DNA of 56,250 nucleotides, the filler included, from Syncephalis fuscata S228 (taxonomy: Eukaryota; Fungi; Zoopagomycota), in the NCBI GenBank assembly GCA_025786725.1. It is 3 parts of 3 records of this genome, joined end to end, with 100 filler letters (N's around TTAATTAATTAA, not from the genome) between each part and the next. Parts side by side here need not be neighbours in the genome. Positions count along the whole stretch, not along the records: positions 1 to 12,268 come from JAHLTZ010000271.1; 2 more parts are not named here. The stretch is one strand, 5' to 3'. This document shows, piece by piece, positions 1 to 12,368 of this stretch. The position numbers and the translations under genes were made by a program. The notes beneath the pieces are model-generated. The model did not search any database. It was not told the origin of the DNA and saw only the letters and a list, made by a program, of their open reading frames with translations. Numbering within the stretch: position 1 is the first letter of the stretch; the number at the start of each line of letters is the position of its first letter.

Positions 1-3000
1 GTGTCATCTCGACGTCGTTGGTTAGCATATTGTGCCTGTCTATCCTGAGCGTACGATATGTTGTCTTTTACCGCCTTTTGTATCGCTTCTAGTCGCTGTA
101 AAAACTCCTCAGCTGCTGGTACTGTTATATTATCGCTATCAGCTGGCATAGTCGTTGTTATTGGATGACGTCCATATACAGAGAAGAAAGGTGTAATACC
201 AGTAGTAGCGTTAGTACTATTGTTATAGGCAAATTCTAATGCAGGTAAGTATTTATCCCAATCATCTTGTTGTTGGCTAATAACATGACGTAACATTTCT
301 TCGATGGTTCTGTTGGTTCGCTCAGTCTGGCCGTCAGTCTGTGGATGATTTGCAGTTGATCTGGCTAATTTAGTACCGGTAAATTCAAATAAGGCTTCCC
401 AGAATCGGCTAGTAAATCGTGGGTCACGATCAGAGATTATGGATCGTGGAAGACCATGTAGACGATATACATGGTCGAAGTATAGTCGTGCGGTGTCAAC
501 AGCTGTGACAGTGTTGGTAGTAGGCACGAAGTGGGCTTGTTTACTAAAGCGGTCAACTACTACCATTAACGCATCTGCACCTTTTTCAGTGAGTGGTAGA
601 TGTGTAATAAAATCCATACTAACTGAGTCCCATGCATGTGCAGGTATTTCAAGTGGTTGTAATAAGCCACCTGGTCGTCGATTAGTGGCCTTATTACGTT
701 GGCAAGTATCGCAGGAAGTGACATAGCGGTGGACGGTGTTGTGTAGTGATGGCCAGTAAAAATGGCGATGAATAGCCAGGTATGTTTTATCTACACCTAG
801 ATGGCCGGCTACGATGGCATCGTGATGATCGTGTAGTATATCTTGACGTAATTGGTTATTTTTAGGTACACATAATCGATCACCGTTGAAATATAACAAT
901 CCATCAGTTAGTCGATACTTGACTAACTTGGTACGAAGAGCTGGAAGTGGCGTTGTCGTATTAAGCTGGGCGTATATTTCACCAAAGTCAACATCGTTGG
1001 CGTACAAGTTTTTAATTTGATCAATATATGTAAAACTGACAGTAGTTAAACTGGACAGTTGTAAATCAGGCCGTCTGGATAATGAATCGGCTACAATATT
1101 GTTTTTCCCGGGCTTATATTCGATCAATACGTCATATTCTTGTAATAGTTCTGACCATCTTGCTTGTCTGGTTGATAAATTCGGTTGACTCTGGAAGTAC
1201 TGCAAGGTTTTATGGTCAGTATACGCGTGAAATGACGATCCATGTAAGTAGTGGCGCCAAATCTTTAAAGCATCTATTAATGCTAATAGTTCTTGTTCAT
1301 GTACCGGATAATTGCGTTCAGCGGGCTTCATTTTGCGCGAATGATAAGCAATGGGGTGCCAATGGCCATCACGATCTTGCTGCAACAAGGCAGCACCTAC
1401 AGCAAAGCCAGAAGCATCGGTTTCTACACGGAAAGGCTGATGTACGTCGACTATTTGTAATACTGGAGCTTGGGTCATTGTCTTCTTTAGTATATCAAAT
1501 GATTTTTGAGCTTCAATGGTCCATAAGAAACGACGATCTTGACATAGTAGATCGGTAAGTGGTGTGGCTATAGCAGAGTAATTTTTAATAAACTTTCTAT
1601 AGTAGTTGGCCAAGCCTGTAAAAGCGCGTATATCAGTGACGTTTCGTGGTGTAGGCCAATCAGAAATGGCCTTTATCTTAGCTGGATCAGCTTTTACACC
1701 ATTAGCACATAGCAAATGGCCTAAATATTCAACTTCATCCTTAAATAATTCACATTTTGACCATTTGGCGTATAAGTGGTTGTCGCGAAGTATTTGTAAT
1801 ACTTGGCGTAGGTGTCGTTCGTGGTCTTCTGGTGTTTTACTGTAGATGAGAATATCGTCCAAATAGACAATAACACATTTGTCTAGTAATGGCCTAAATA
1901 GATAGTTTACCAGTGTTTGAAAACTGGATGGTGCATTACTTTGACCAAAACTAACTACTAGCCATTCAAAGTGACCATAGCGGGTGCGAAAGGCCGTCTT
2001 GGGTATATCCTCTTCTACTACACGTAGTTGATGATAAGCAGAGCGTAGATCTATCTTAGAAAAGACAGTTGCGCCTAACACTTGGTCGAATAAATCTTCA
2101 ATCCTTGGCAATGGGTACTTGTTCTTGATAGTGATTTTATTCAGCGCTCGATAATCAACACACATGCGCATACCACCATCTTTCTTCTTGACGAAAAGAA
2201 CAGGCGCACCGTAGGGCGATACTAGGACGATATATCCCGCGTCAAGTATTCGGTAAGTGTGTTTTAGTTCTTTAAGTCCAGAGGGACATCGGTATAAGGC
2301 GTTACTGGGTGGTGTGCGCCTGGTATCAAATCGATCGATGATCAATCCATCACGTTTTGGCGGCATGTTTCGGTAGTTTGTCGGGAATACGTCAGCAAGT
2401 CGTTGCGTAATCCAGTCAATACTGGAGTGATGGATGGGTCATTTGAGGATTAGCGCTTCATTTAGCGGATTATCGGCTGGTCGTACAATGGCTAGTGTAA
2501 TCATCTGTTCGTTTGCATAGCGTTAAATGTAAGGCAGATAATGGCATATGGTTGGTTGTCTATGTGCATTTGCTTGCCATACATGTGTCGATTATCATGC
2601 ATAAACGTAACGTGTATTAACCATCTATCTGTGGATTAAGCGGGCTAGCCACGGTTACCGAGTATACGTCGTGTTCTAAGGACAACCAAAAACGATAAAC
2701 GGTCTTTGTAACCAGTGGAAGTAAGGAGCGCACCAGCCAGTTGGCGGTCACACGTATACGAACGGCCATCTGCCACGTGTACGGTCGATGGGTATTTAAC
2801 TTTATGGGTGTGTGCGCGAATATGTTCACAAGATTTGCGGATACAAAGTTATCAGCTGCTCCACTATCTATTAGTACCGTAACTTTTCTACCTAATAAAC
2901 GAGCATTGATACGTAATAATCGTGAGCGTGTGGATATTTTGACAATAAACTTTGTTCCTTTAAAAGTGCATCAGTGTCATCAACAACATTAGCATGAGGA

Positions 3001-3134
3001 AATAATGGCGCAGAAACAAGCAATTCATCATCAGAAGTAAGCGAGAGAAGATCGGGGGTGGCATCAACAGAAATAGTATTTAGTTGGGCACCAGTAGGTT
3101 GTGATGCTGACGCTACTGGTGCTGGACTTTTCCC
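1..3134 (-). CDS. pol: Element A pol (protease, RT, RNase H, integrase); indels in about 2230-2920; open at window edge
   Basis: Motifs [10 protein letters not shown] (PR), [31 protein letters not shown] (RT), [11 protein letters not shown] (RNase H), [31 protein letters not shown] (IN). Confidence 0.9.
3061..3134 (-). promoter_or_regulatory. -1 ribosomal frameshift signal of element A (G GGA AAA + stem-loop/pseudoknot)
   Basis: Heptamer 3134-3128 in gag frame; 5-nt spacer; perfect 10-bp stem GCACCAGTAG/CTACTGGTGC (3122-3113/3097-3088); -1 frame is the 2892..3149 ORF. Confidence 0.8.
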
Positions 3135-4311
3135 GTATTCAAAGGACAAAAACGCATGATGTGGCCATATTGGCGACAGCGGAAACAGCCGCCGTTTTGT
3201 CGTAACGTTTCGCGTTCAGCATCAGTGAGTGGGGGTAACCGATTAATGGTGTCTAGTTCCATTGGTATAGGGCCATTTCTTGGTTGTGTGTTAATCGGAG
3301 GGCGAAACTGTTGTTGTGCGTTGGACGAGGTGTGTTATGGCGAACGTTGTTAGTTGATGATTTGCCAATGTACTTGCGTAACGAATCAATGAGTAGCCAC
3401 TTCTATGGCTGATTGTAATGTAGACGGTGTAGCTTTTTGTACTTCGTATTTAACTTCGTGATTCAGTCCATTAATAAACATAATACGTAAAGCTAACTGC
3501 CACATTTCGGAATCAGGCATAGGAAAAGTGTGCCTTAAATTGTTAAATTCTAACGTATAATCATTGACACTTTTGTTGGCTTGTCGTAACATGTGAAGAC
3601 GACTAAAAGCGTCTTCTTCTACCGAAGTACCGGGACAGATGTGTTGGCGTAGTGCGTGAGCAAACGCACTCCAAGTGGTATATGGATGACTATAGTCACC
3701 GTCAGAGTGAATAGTATTACTCTGCCACCAACTAGAGGCAGTGCCATCTAAATAAGTGGCGGCTACTTCGATGCGTTCAATTTCATCAGGGATATACCTG
3801 ACATATTGCCGTGCACGGTACAACCAAGTCTCTACTGAAATATCCTTATCATTGCCGTTGTATCGTGGCGGGGCAGATGGACGAGCAGTAGGAGGGCAGT
3901 GACAGAAGTAGATGGAATAGCGGCAATAGCAGCGGCAGTATTGGCAGCGGCAGTAACAACAGCATCGGCAGTAGCAGCATTATTTTGGGACACAATTTGC
4001 GTTACCAAACTTGAAATAAAGTCAGCGTTGGTAACGAAACTTGTGTTAGGCAATTCTGGGTTCATAATGGGTGTTATTTCTTCTTGAGTATCAGTAGTGT
4101 ATTCGTTCGTGTGGCTTGTGATCGGTGGTTCGTACTGGTCGGTATCGGGTGTGATCGTGGTTGTACGGTATCGTGTGTGGCTTGTGATCGGTGGTTCGTA
4201 CTGGTTATCTGGGTATCGAAAGGTTACTGGTGGATCTTGGATGAGTTCGTCGGCGAAAGATTGACGGGCTTGTTCGTGGTCGAAGTATTTCGCACCACGT
4301 CGTTGGTTCAT
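3113..4311 (-). CDS. gag: Element A gag with zinc knuckle (contains indels near 3385 and 3830-3900)
   Basis: Retrotransposon gag core (AATYLDGTASSWW, LRQANKSVNDYTLEF, FINGLN), PMELD and CFRCRQYGHIMRFC; stop TAG at 3115-3113. Confidence 0.85.
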
Positions 4312-4348
4312 ATCACTGTAAGTCAAGGCAACGAGGTGGATAGGTTTA

Positions 4349-4366
4349 AACTACCCGTTGCTACCA
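4349..4366 (-). promoter_or_regulatory. Primer-binding site of element A (initiator tRNA-Met type)
   Basis: TGGTAGCAACGGGTAGTT, 2 nt from the LTR end; identical 18-mer at 7561-7578; TGGTAGC start is typical of tRNAiMet PBS. Confidence 0.85.
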
Positions 4367-4368
4367 TA

Positions 4369-4708
4369 TGTAACCGTTGATACAGCGAACTGTTGCGGTT
4401 ACTACGAGTCACAATACAATAATGTATATAAAATAAAAATGAATATTGAAAGTGAACTAATGTCTTTATTTGTGGTCATAATCATACGCGTATTTATATT
4501 GTTCTATTGGATATATGGAATATCTAAGTAGAACAATAAAAAAATAAAATAAAATAAAAATAAAAGAAAATAAAGATAAAGATAAAACAATACGCGGTGG
4601 CGGAGTGTTAACTTCATCGTGGACCATGTGTGATGATCGGTGTGTTTAAACACCGATCATAATGTCTAAAAATGGTAATAATAAATGAGAGGGAGAATTT
4701 TTGTTACA
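4369..4708 (-). repeat. 5' LTR of element A (340 bp)
   Basis: TGTAAC/GTTACA inverted termini; minus-strand TATAAA (4498-4493) then AATAAA (4470-4465); internal 11-bp palindrome 4633-4660. Confidence 0.85.
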
Positions 4709-6444
4709 AAATTCTTTTCGGCTGCCTGTAATATACGTGACATAAATGCAACAGGATGTTCATTATTATCGGTTATTTGTGATAATACTGCACCAATTGC
4801 ATAATCAGATGCATCTGTAGTAACGATAAATGGTGCATTAACATTTGGTATAACCAATACCGGTGCTGTAACTATCGCATTACGTAGTGTGTCAAATGCT
4901 GTTATTTTGATTATCTCCCATGTGAATGGCTCATCATTCTTAGTCAATTGACTTAAATGCCGTGCAGTATCAGCATATCCACGAATAAACCGTCTATAAT
5001 AGCCAGTTAATCCGAGGAAAGAGCGCAGTTCTTTCAGATTGTTTGGTATAGGCCAATTTGCAATAGCCATTACTTTATCGTGTAGTGGTCTTATACCCTC
5101 GCCACTAACAATATGTCCCAAAAATTCCACCTCATCTTTACCAAATTCACATTTGCTTAATTTGGCATATAATTTGTTTTCTCTTAGTAATTGTAACACT
5201 TGCCGTAAGTGCCACTCATGTTCGGTATGATTTTTACTAAATATTAAAATATCATCCAAAAATACCACTACACACTTGTCTAGTAATTTATGAAATACAT
5301 TATGCATTAATCGCATAAATACTGACGGTGCATTAGTCAATCCAAATCCCATCACCGTCCACTCATAATGCCCATAGCGCGTTCTAAACGCTGTTTTGTG
5401 AATATCATCCTCATTTACTCTTATTTGATGATATCCACTTCTCAAATCTATTTTTGAGAATACTTTCGCCCCATGTAACTGATCGAATAATTCATCGATC
5501 AGTGGCAACGCATAACGATCACGAATTGTTTGTGCGTTTAACATTCTGTAATCCACACACATACGTAAATCACCTCCTTTCTTCCGCACAAATAGTACAG
5601 GTGCACCAAATGGTGATGTACTAGGCCTAATAAAGCCTTTTTCTAACAAATCATCGATCTGTTTCTTCAACTCGTCTAACTCTTTCTTTGCCAGATGGTA
5701 TGTAGGCCGAAATGGTGGCTGCTGATGTGGCACCAAATTGATACGTATATCAATGTCTCTTTTTGGTGGTAAACCAGGTGGTAATTCTTCTGGTCCAACA
5801 TCGGCAAATTCACCCAACAATCGCGCGTAACGGCCATTTAACGATGTATCATTTTTTTCTTTGTTTTCTTTTATCATCGCTAATAAAATCATATCATTGG
5901 CTTCTGTTTGCTCGACTTCTTCTATTGACATGAATGAAGGCTGAATTTTGTCGGTAATTTCTAATGTACTTTTGGGTGCTGAATTACAATTAGAATTAAT
6001 AACACCGGTCTTCCAATCTACTTGCGCTTCATGTTTTCTTAGCCATGGCATACCCAGCACTGCATTATAGTTGCCCAATTTCATAATAGTAAAATCAATT
6101 TGTTCTTTCAGATAATTGAAAATAATAGGCACTTTATTAGCAGTACCAGATACACCGCACTCCATACCATTTCCCAACTTTACATTGGCTGAATTTGCTT
6201 GTTTCGTAACATGTACTTGAGCCCTCTTGGCAAATTCAATATCCATAAAGTTGGTGGATGCACCAGAATCGATTAATACATGGGCTGGAACACCATTGAT
6301 TTTGAGTGCTACTGTAATTAAACCGGAGCTAGCGCGACCTTGAATGAGTGTAGACTGCTCAAATCCGGGTGGTATCGGAGTATTAGCGGCAACCTGGCCG
6401 TCAGTAAGTGTGCCGCACTTAATTACTGACGGTTGTCGTTTCCC
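4709..6444 (-). CDS. pol: Element B pol (PR-RT-partial RNase H), truncated by insertion
   Basis: [39 protein letters not shown]; frame open from the slippery site to 4709. Confidence 0.92.
6386..6444 (-). promoter_or_regulatory. -1 ribosomal frameshift signal of element B (G GGA AAC + H-type pseudoknot)
   Basis: Heptamer 6444-6438; 5-nt spacer; 10-bp stem CCGTCAGTAA/TTACTGACGG; loop GCGGCA pairs with downstream TGCCGC (6391-6386); pol is in the -1 frame. Confidence 0.85.
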
Positions 6445-7289
6445 TGAATTACGTTGTTGTTTGCTTGGACGTCGACATTTGTTGATTGTAAATCTAAGCT
6501 GTTAGATTGCTGTTGATTGTTGTTATCGCGGTTATTGTAATTACGGTTGTTATTGCGATTACAATTTCTGGCTAGATGGCCACGTTTGTTACATGTGTAA
6601 CATCTAGGCCCGTTATTGTAATTTTTACGGTTATTGTAATTACTGCTGTTGCTATTATTAATAAAACCTAAACTATTTAAAGCTTGGACTATAGTATCTA
6701 AATCCATTGGTGTTGGGCCGTTATTAGATTTAGTTGGTGGTGGTATTAAGTGTTGTAATCCATGTTTCCTTGAGTAATAGAAAGCACGTGTGGAAGCGTA
6801 AGCTTCGTTGATATTGGTGGGTTTATTATGTATCGAATCGGTTAAGTATTCCGGCGGCAATGTAAGTCGAAATGCCGTAACCAATTCCATGTCAGCGGCA
6901 TCTGGAATTCGACTACGCAGTGCTGTGAAATTTGTAATATGTTCTTCAATGTCTTTATCTTCTGTCCAGCGCAATCGTGTGAGTTCCAAACGCGCGATGT
7001 CCGCTGATCGATTGCCACCAAAACGTTCTAAAATTCCGTCCCTTAGTTGTTCCCACGTGCTATATGGCGTATTACCGCCGCGTATCGATTGATACCAAAC
7101 TGCCGCTGGTCCCGATAGTTGTTGGGACGCCATTATACGTTTTTGTTCGTCTGTAAATGTACCCAATTCCCATGCGTCTTCTACCATGTTACACCAATGT
7201 TCCACAGGCAAACTGGAATCACCGGTGAACTTTTCGGTGTGTGTGAGTGGTGAGCGGGAATTCGGTGAGAATAAAATCGGTCTCAACGT
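6423..7289 (-). CDS. gag: Element B gag with CCHC knuckle (no AUG before the conserved N-terminal motif)
   Basis: [35 protein letters not shown]. Confidence 0.88.
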   Translation of the reverse strand, partial: TLRPILFSPNSRSPLTHTEKFTGDSSLPVEHWCNMVEDAWELGTFTDEQKRIMASQQLSGPAAVWYQSIRGGNTPYSTWEQLRDGILERFGGNRSADIARLELTRLRWTEDKDIEEHITNFTALRSRIPDAADMELVTAFRLTLPPEYLTDSIHNKPTNINEAYASTRAFYYSRKHGLQHLIPPPTKSNNGPTPMDLDTIVQALNSLGFINNSNSSNYNNRKNYNNGPRCYTCNKRGHLARNCNRNNNRNYNNRDNNNQQQSNSLDLQSTNVDVQANNNVIQGNDNRQ

Positions 7290-7379
7290 GTACTATATAC
7301 TGAATCGTAATTTTAAAACAGCGGTGCTTATTTTCAAACACTGATAAGCAAAAATAAAATAAAATTGAAAAGAGGACAA

Positions 7380-7553
7380 TGCGACAAACGCGATATACGG
7401 TGCGACAAACGCAAAATAACGGTGCGACAAACGCAAAATAAACGGTGCGACAAACGCAAAAATAAACGGTGCGACAAACGCAAAAATAACGGTGCGACAA
7501 ACGCAAAATAAACGGTGCGACAAACGCAAAAATAACGGTGCGACAAACGCAAA
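7380..7553. repeat. Tandem array of 8 x 21-24-bp units (TGCGACAAACGCAAAA(A)TA(A)ACGG) in element B leader
   Basis: Eight TGCGACAAACGC cores counted between PBS and gag; units differ mainly in A-run length. Confidence 0.95.
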
Positions 7554-7560
7554 TACTAGT

Positions 7561-7750
7561 AACTACCCGTTGCTACCAATGTAACAACCGTAAAATAGGA
7601 TATAATGGAATAAAGATTATCTTTTATTAAACAGAAATTGTGTGTTATTTATAAGCTTTGCGGAGCTTTAATTTAAGGTGTTGTGGGAAAATAATTGCAT
7701 AATATTTAAATTATACAATTATTTCCCGTAACGAATATAATATCGTTACA
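7561..7750 (-). repeat. PBS (7561-7578) and 5' LTR (7580-7750, 171 bp) of element B
   Basis: Same PBS as element A; TGTAAC...GTTACA termini; minus-strand TATAAA (7653-7648) and AATAAA (7628-7623). Confidence 0.85.
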
Positions 7751-7925
7751 GGATGTTATTTCTTTTTGTGACAGTAGTATTCGTTGGTGAAACTTGTGAT
7801 CGGTTGTTCGTAATGGGTATTGGTGTGTTGAGAAATCACTGGTAGATCTTGGATGAGTTTGTCAGCAAAAGCGGGGCTTGTTCGTGGTTAAAGTATTTAG
7901 CACCACGACGTTGATTCATATCTGT
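7751..7925 (-). pseudogene. Relic gag N-terminus related to element A (target of element B insertion)
   Basis: Diverged nucleotide match to 4070-4315 (MNQRRGAKYF-HEQA..ADKLIQD), cut exactly at the LTR B end. Confidence 0.75.
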
Positions 7926-8471
7926 TGTAGTAAACAGTTGGTTCAATAGGAAACAATTGGATATGAGATAAATGGATAATGATTTTGTTTATGTAGTAAA
8001 TTGTTGCTGTATTTATAGCAATGTAAGTGTATGTAGAAAATACTCGTTTCATTGTAATGGAATGTTGTCGAATGTTTATTGATGTCATAGGACATCAAAA
8101 ACATTGGGAAATCTAGATTTCATATTTTGCTTACTATATTTAGTAATTATGATCGGGAAGATCAGGGTGACGTAATAATCCCAAATGTCATAAATGCTGA
8201 GTTGTGAATCTAAAAATAGAATTTTAACAAAAATAAAGTAGCTGATAATGCCTATTAAAAATACTAAATTATGTGCTCTTTTATAGTAAAATGAGCTAAG
8301 ATTAAGAGGTATTTGTAAAGAAAGAACTTGTTTGTTCCTTCCTTTTAATATTGTATATGGGTATTAAGTTACTTAAAGTAAATTAGTACCCATGTTCTGT
8401 ACTTAATATGTTAGTTGGGGGTACTAGCCGCGTGTTAAGTAAAAGCTACACAAATGTTGTACCTGACTAGA

Positions 8472-8518
8472 TCACGTGACTAGATGCCAAATTAATTATA
8501 ATTACCATATTTGGTAAT
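8472..8518. promoter_or_regulatory. E-box (TCACGTGA) plus Mcm1/SRF-type CArG palindrome
   Basis: TCACGTGA at 8472-8479; ATTACCATATTTGGTAAT at 8501-8518 fits TTWCC(W6)GGWAA. Confidence 0.45.
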
Positions 8519-8579
8519 AGATAAATAATTCAATCATGTGATCAAATTATTATTATTAGTGCCTTCGTAACAATGTGAT

Positions 8580-9310
8580 GGTGGCGTCCACGTCATTTTG
8601 AACCACAGCGATAGCATATGTGGGGTATAGATTTTTTGCCGTTGTTTTTGGTGCTATACCAAAGACCAATTCGAATGGCGAATAACCAATAGTGTCTTGT
8701 CTTCGACTGTTATATTGGTGGGTGATTTGCGGTAGTAATCGATACCAATGTGTCGTGGATGGTCGATCGGTGGCATATTTAGCTAATAGTTCTTTGAGTT
8801 TACGATTTGTGCGTTCAACTAGTCCATTAGTTTGAGGGTGATATGGGCTAGATTATGCGTGTGTAATGTCGTGTTTTTCTAGCAATTTTTTTACTGATCC
8901 AGTAAATTCTTTACCATGATCTGTAAGTATTTCAGACGGAATACTGTGACGATTCAAAATTTCTCTTCAATAAACTGAGCAACTCTAGCAGCTGTATTGG
9001 CTCCGATAGCTCTAGTTTTAATCCATTTGGTCAGATAATCGATAGCAACAACAATGTATCGTTTGTTGGTTGAACTACGAGGTAGTGTAATTAAATCAAT
9101 ACCGAACCGGTGAAATGGTGCAATAATGGGTATTGGTTTTAATGATTGTACGTGTCGTATTTGCGTCCTTAATTGGCAGTTACAACAGCCTCGAATATAT
9201 GCTTGTATATCGCTGTCCATTTATGTCCAAAAATAACGGCGTTTAATTAATTCACACGTACTATGATTGGCAAAGTGTCCTGCTTCATCATGGTGTAGTT
9301 GTAATAGTGT
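8580..9310 (-). pseudogene. Decayed Ty3/gypsy integrase
   Basis: H-DEAGH..CCNC zinc motif, FGIDL, AIDYLTKW, ILTDHGKEF, PYHPQTNGLVERTN, with stops and frameshifts. Confidence 0.88.
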
Positions 9311-9779
9311 AACTAATATTGTCGCACTTTTAACACTTGGTTTATCGTAACAAGAAAGTTGTTATCATTTTACTTGTTACGCAAACGCTACATGTTACAA
9401 TTATAATCATACATTAATTGTTTTTTGTATGGTTATAATTCTATTATTTCGTACTAATTATTAAATGTAAGCTTAGTCTAACAATCACTGCTAGACTGAG
9501 ATAATCAGAAAAGACTCTAAATTCAGTAATAAAGAGAATAAATTTAAAGTAAAAAATACTTGTACCATTTTGTCGCGATCTGTCCATTCATGTCTTCTAG
9601 CATCTCGTTCAAATTGTATTAGCCATAAAATTGGATATTCGTTCTGTACTGTTCCTTCAAATGGCAAAATGTTACTGCCTACTTTTAGCGTAATTTGATA
9701 ATTTGATATTAGCGCGTGATAATCGTATTCTTAATTATTAAATATTGCTGGTACTTATTGGCAAGTATATTCCTTTTTT

Positions 9780-10145
9780 TTACTGAAATGATGGCAAATT
9801 AATATGTTGATTTAGTGGTGGTTGACTATTGGCGTTTAATACACTTCTTGGGTCGGGAAGTATAAGCTGTGTGTTAGCGGTTGGTCTTAAACCGTAATCT
9901 CTATTAAAACTAGTAGTCGACTGTTTCTCTTTCCTACTTTTAATAATAAAATACAGTTGTTTATCTACTTTAATAAATAGTGATTCTTTTATCTTTTGTT
10001 CCATTCCGTCTGCTACCATGTCCTTAATTCCATCTCTACCTAAGTCTACTGCCATTTGACCTAAAAAATGGGCTAGTGATAATACAAATCGTTTCATATC
10101 TGTCTGGTCACCTTTTCGCGCATGGATGCGATTATAGAACTCCAT
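9780..10145 (-). pseudogene. Possible decayed retroelement ORF fragment
   Basis: 121-aa ORF upstream of the integrase relic on the same strand; no diagnostic motif. Confidence 0.25.
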
Positions 10146-11763
10146 GCTAATATTGATTTGTCTAGGCTGCCTGTGCAGTTCATATTTTGTATGAATAATA
10201 GTATTCTGCCGCGTAGTGATTCTAACTCTTTTGGGACGTCTTTTATGAAAGCTGAATTATATACTTCTTCGGTGTTATCGTCAGTTAGTTGACTAACAAT
10301 AAGTTAAGTGTATTTTATATTTTTGCATTGTCTCGTGTTTGGATGGTCCAAGCGGTGGCCTTTTTAACGCGTCTTTAGTTGGACCATCCATTGTACCATA
10401 TCTTGTTCTTTTAGTACCAAGAGATCTTTCGGGATTGATAGAATTGTTTTACTAGTCTGAGTGGGCTTGCTAAATGTTATTATTCTATCCCTGGTAGAAT
10501 AGTAACATCATGTAACTATTGGTATCGAAAAGTGTATTTTCAATAATCTAATGGTATTAATTACGTATTTTATGTTATCATATGTGATCTAATTTTTATC
10601 TTTGTTCTTTCCATATCAACCAAACTAGATGTTTATAGAGTACATTAATATAATAATAATAATAATAATGCATTTTTCGCCCCTGAATTTCATTTCATGT
10701 CAATAGTAATATCAGTCAAAAACAAACATGCAAAATTTAAATAACAATGATATAATAGAGCGACGGATAATAGTTTATTGCAATATAGGCAATGTATATA
10801 TTTATATTAAGCATGAGCTACACAAATATTATATATATATTATGCCAAGCAATCTCTAAAAGCTTCATATCTTTGGCTCTATATTTAGATTGCAACTACA
10901 TTACCTGTTATTGCGTAATCTCACGTGCTTTAATTATTTACATTATTAGTACCCTGTTAGCTATTTATTACTTAAATAGTCAGCTATGTATGATACTCGT
11001 ATAGTTTTTATATTGTTCTAAACAAGGCAACTAATTAATAATAAACATTAATATAGTAGAATTCAATAATTTATTAAAAATAACAAACTATGCGTGTATC
11101 TATATATAGTAAATGATACACAAATGTCTGTTTATGTATATGCTAAGCAATTTCCAAAGCATAAAACTCTTGATTATAAATGATAACCTATGTGTCTTTA
11201 AGGCAAGAACTAACATTATAATTAATTTTTAAACTTCAAATAATAAACAATAGAATTTTGAAGTATCAAAATAGTAATGGCTTTTTCAAATCAATAAATC
11301 GTAAATACACAGAATTGATGTGTAATTTGCATATTAATTTGTTTTTAATACATCAGCTTATCATAATGAATTGTGATTTGGCCAAGTAATTTACCGCAAT
11401 TTATATAAACTCAAATTGTATTTAACACAACAAATATTTAATTGCTGAATATATACTAAATATAGCTATTTACGATTACACAATAGTTATGTGTGACTTA
11501 GTCATGGTTTACTGCATTTTAAAGATATCAGTAATTTTAGATAACTTTTAATTTATAATTTATTGACATCAAGTAAAATTCATAAAGGCAGTGATGCCAT
11601 AGCTTTTTTAATTTAGAAATATATATAGTTACTAACAGGTATAAGCCGACTAGAATAGCTTGTTGAGTTTCATTTATATGGATATCAGCACTGCGGATAT
11701 TGTTTGGATCATTCATTGCTGAGGTGTCGGAGTCATTATTTATAGGTTTTTTTGTAACGTAAT

Positions 11764-12268
11764 TCACAGTATCGTTGATGTAATATACCTAGAAAATGTT
11801 AGCTTGTATAAGTCGCATGAATACTTGCCAGTCAACGGTATAAAATATTCTTGAGAATCTCCTCCAACCTCGAAAACAATAATAAGGCAACAGATTACAT
11901 TGCAGAGAACTATCAGGCACATTATCTGAATACCATCACGGGCCAGTTTCCTCCATGCTTCATAGCCATATCTTTGATAGCGTCTATAGGCTACAGTGCT
12001 AAAAATGATTGAAAAAAGTATGTTGCTTGGAACCATTGTGCCGATCCAGTAGAATGGGATAAAGAGATGATAGTAAGAAAGCATCCGGCAGATTTTCCAA
12101 TACAATGTGTGAGTAGTTGTATACAATATAAATAAAGAAAAGCTGTGGCAGAATGCAAATGGTGCCACAAATGGCTACCCAGCGTTGCGATAACAGCACA
12201 AGGTAGGCTTTGTAAAGTACAATATGCTGTTGCAAAAGATTGAAAAGCTTACTGCCGCTACAATATAC
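11764..12268 (-). CDS. Partial multi-pass membrane protein (contig end, frameshifted)
   Basis: Several hydrophobic helices separated by a basic loop (YRRYQRYGYEAWRKLARDG); 5' end cut by the linker. Confidence 0.45.
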
Positions 12269-12368
12269 NNNNNNNNNNNNNNNNNNNNNNNNNNNNNNNN
12301 NNNNNNNNNNNNTTAATTAATTAANNNNNNNNNNNNNNNNNNNNNNNNNNNNNNNNNNNNNNNNNNNN
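12269..12368. other. Artificial contig linker
   Basis: N44-TTAATTAATTAA-N44, stop codons in all six frames. Confidence 0.97.

Larger units (their letters stand above)
1..4708 (-). mobile_element. Ty3/gypsy LTR retrotransposon A (5' LTR, PBS, gag, pol; 3' end runs off the left edge)
   Basis: Minus-strand order gag(CCHC)-PR-RT-RNaseH-IN; PBS at 4349-4366; LTR with TGTAAC...GTTACA termini at 4369-4708. Confidence 0.95.
4709..7750 (-). mobile_element. Ty3/gypsy LTR retrotransposon B, 5' portion, interrupted in RNase H by element A
   Basis: LTR 7580-7750, PBS, gag, PR, RT and partial RNase H; the ORF runs into LTR A right after ..AAEKNF. Confidence 0.93.

Noticed and set aside
439-2992. Plus-strand ORFs (95, 158, 79, 83 aa)
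   Set aside because: Antisense shadows of element A pol.
4666-4708. C-terminal [13 protein letters not shown] of the 526-aa ORF
   Set aside because: Read-through into LTR A, not pol sequence.
7380-7553. CRISPR-like array
   Set aside because: No unique spacers, no cas genes, eukaryotic retrotransposon leader.
12269-12368. TTAATTAATTAA palindrome inside N-runs (also 43380-43479)
   Set aside because: Artificial six-frame stop linker; adjacency across it is not biological.
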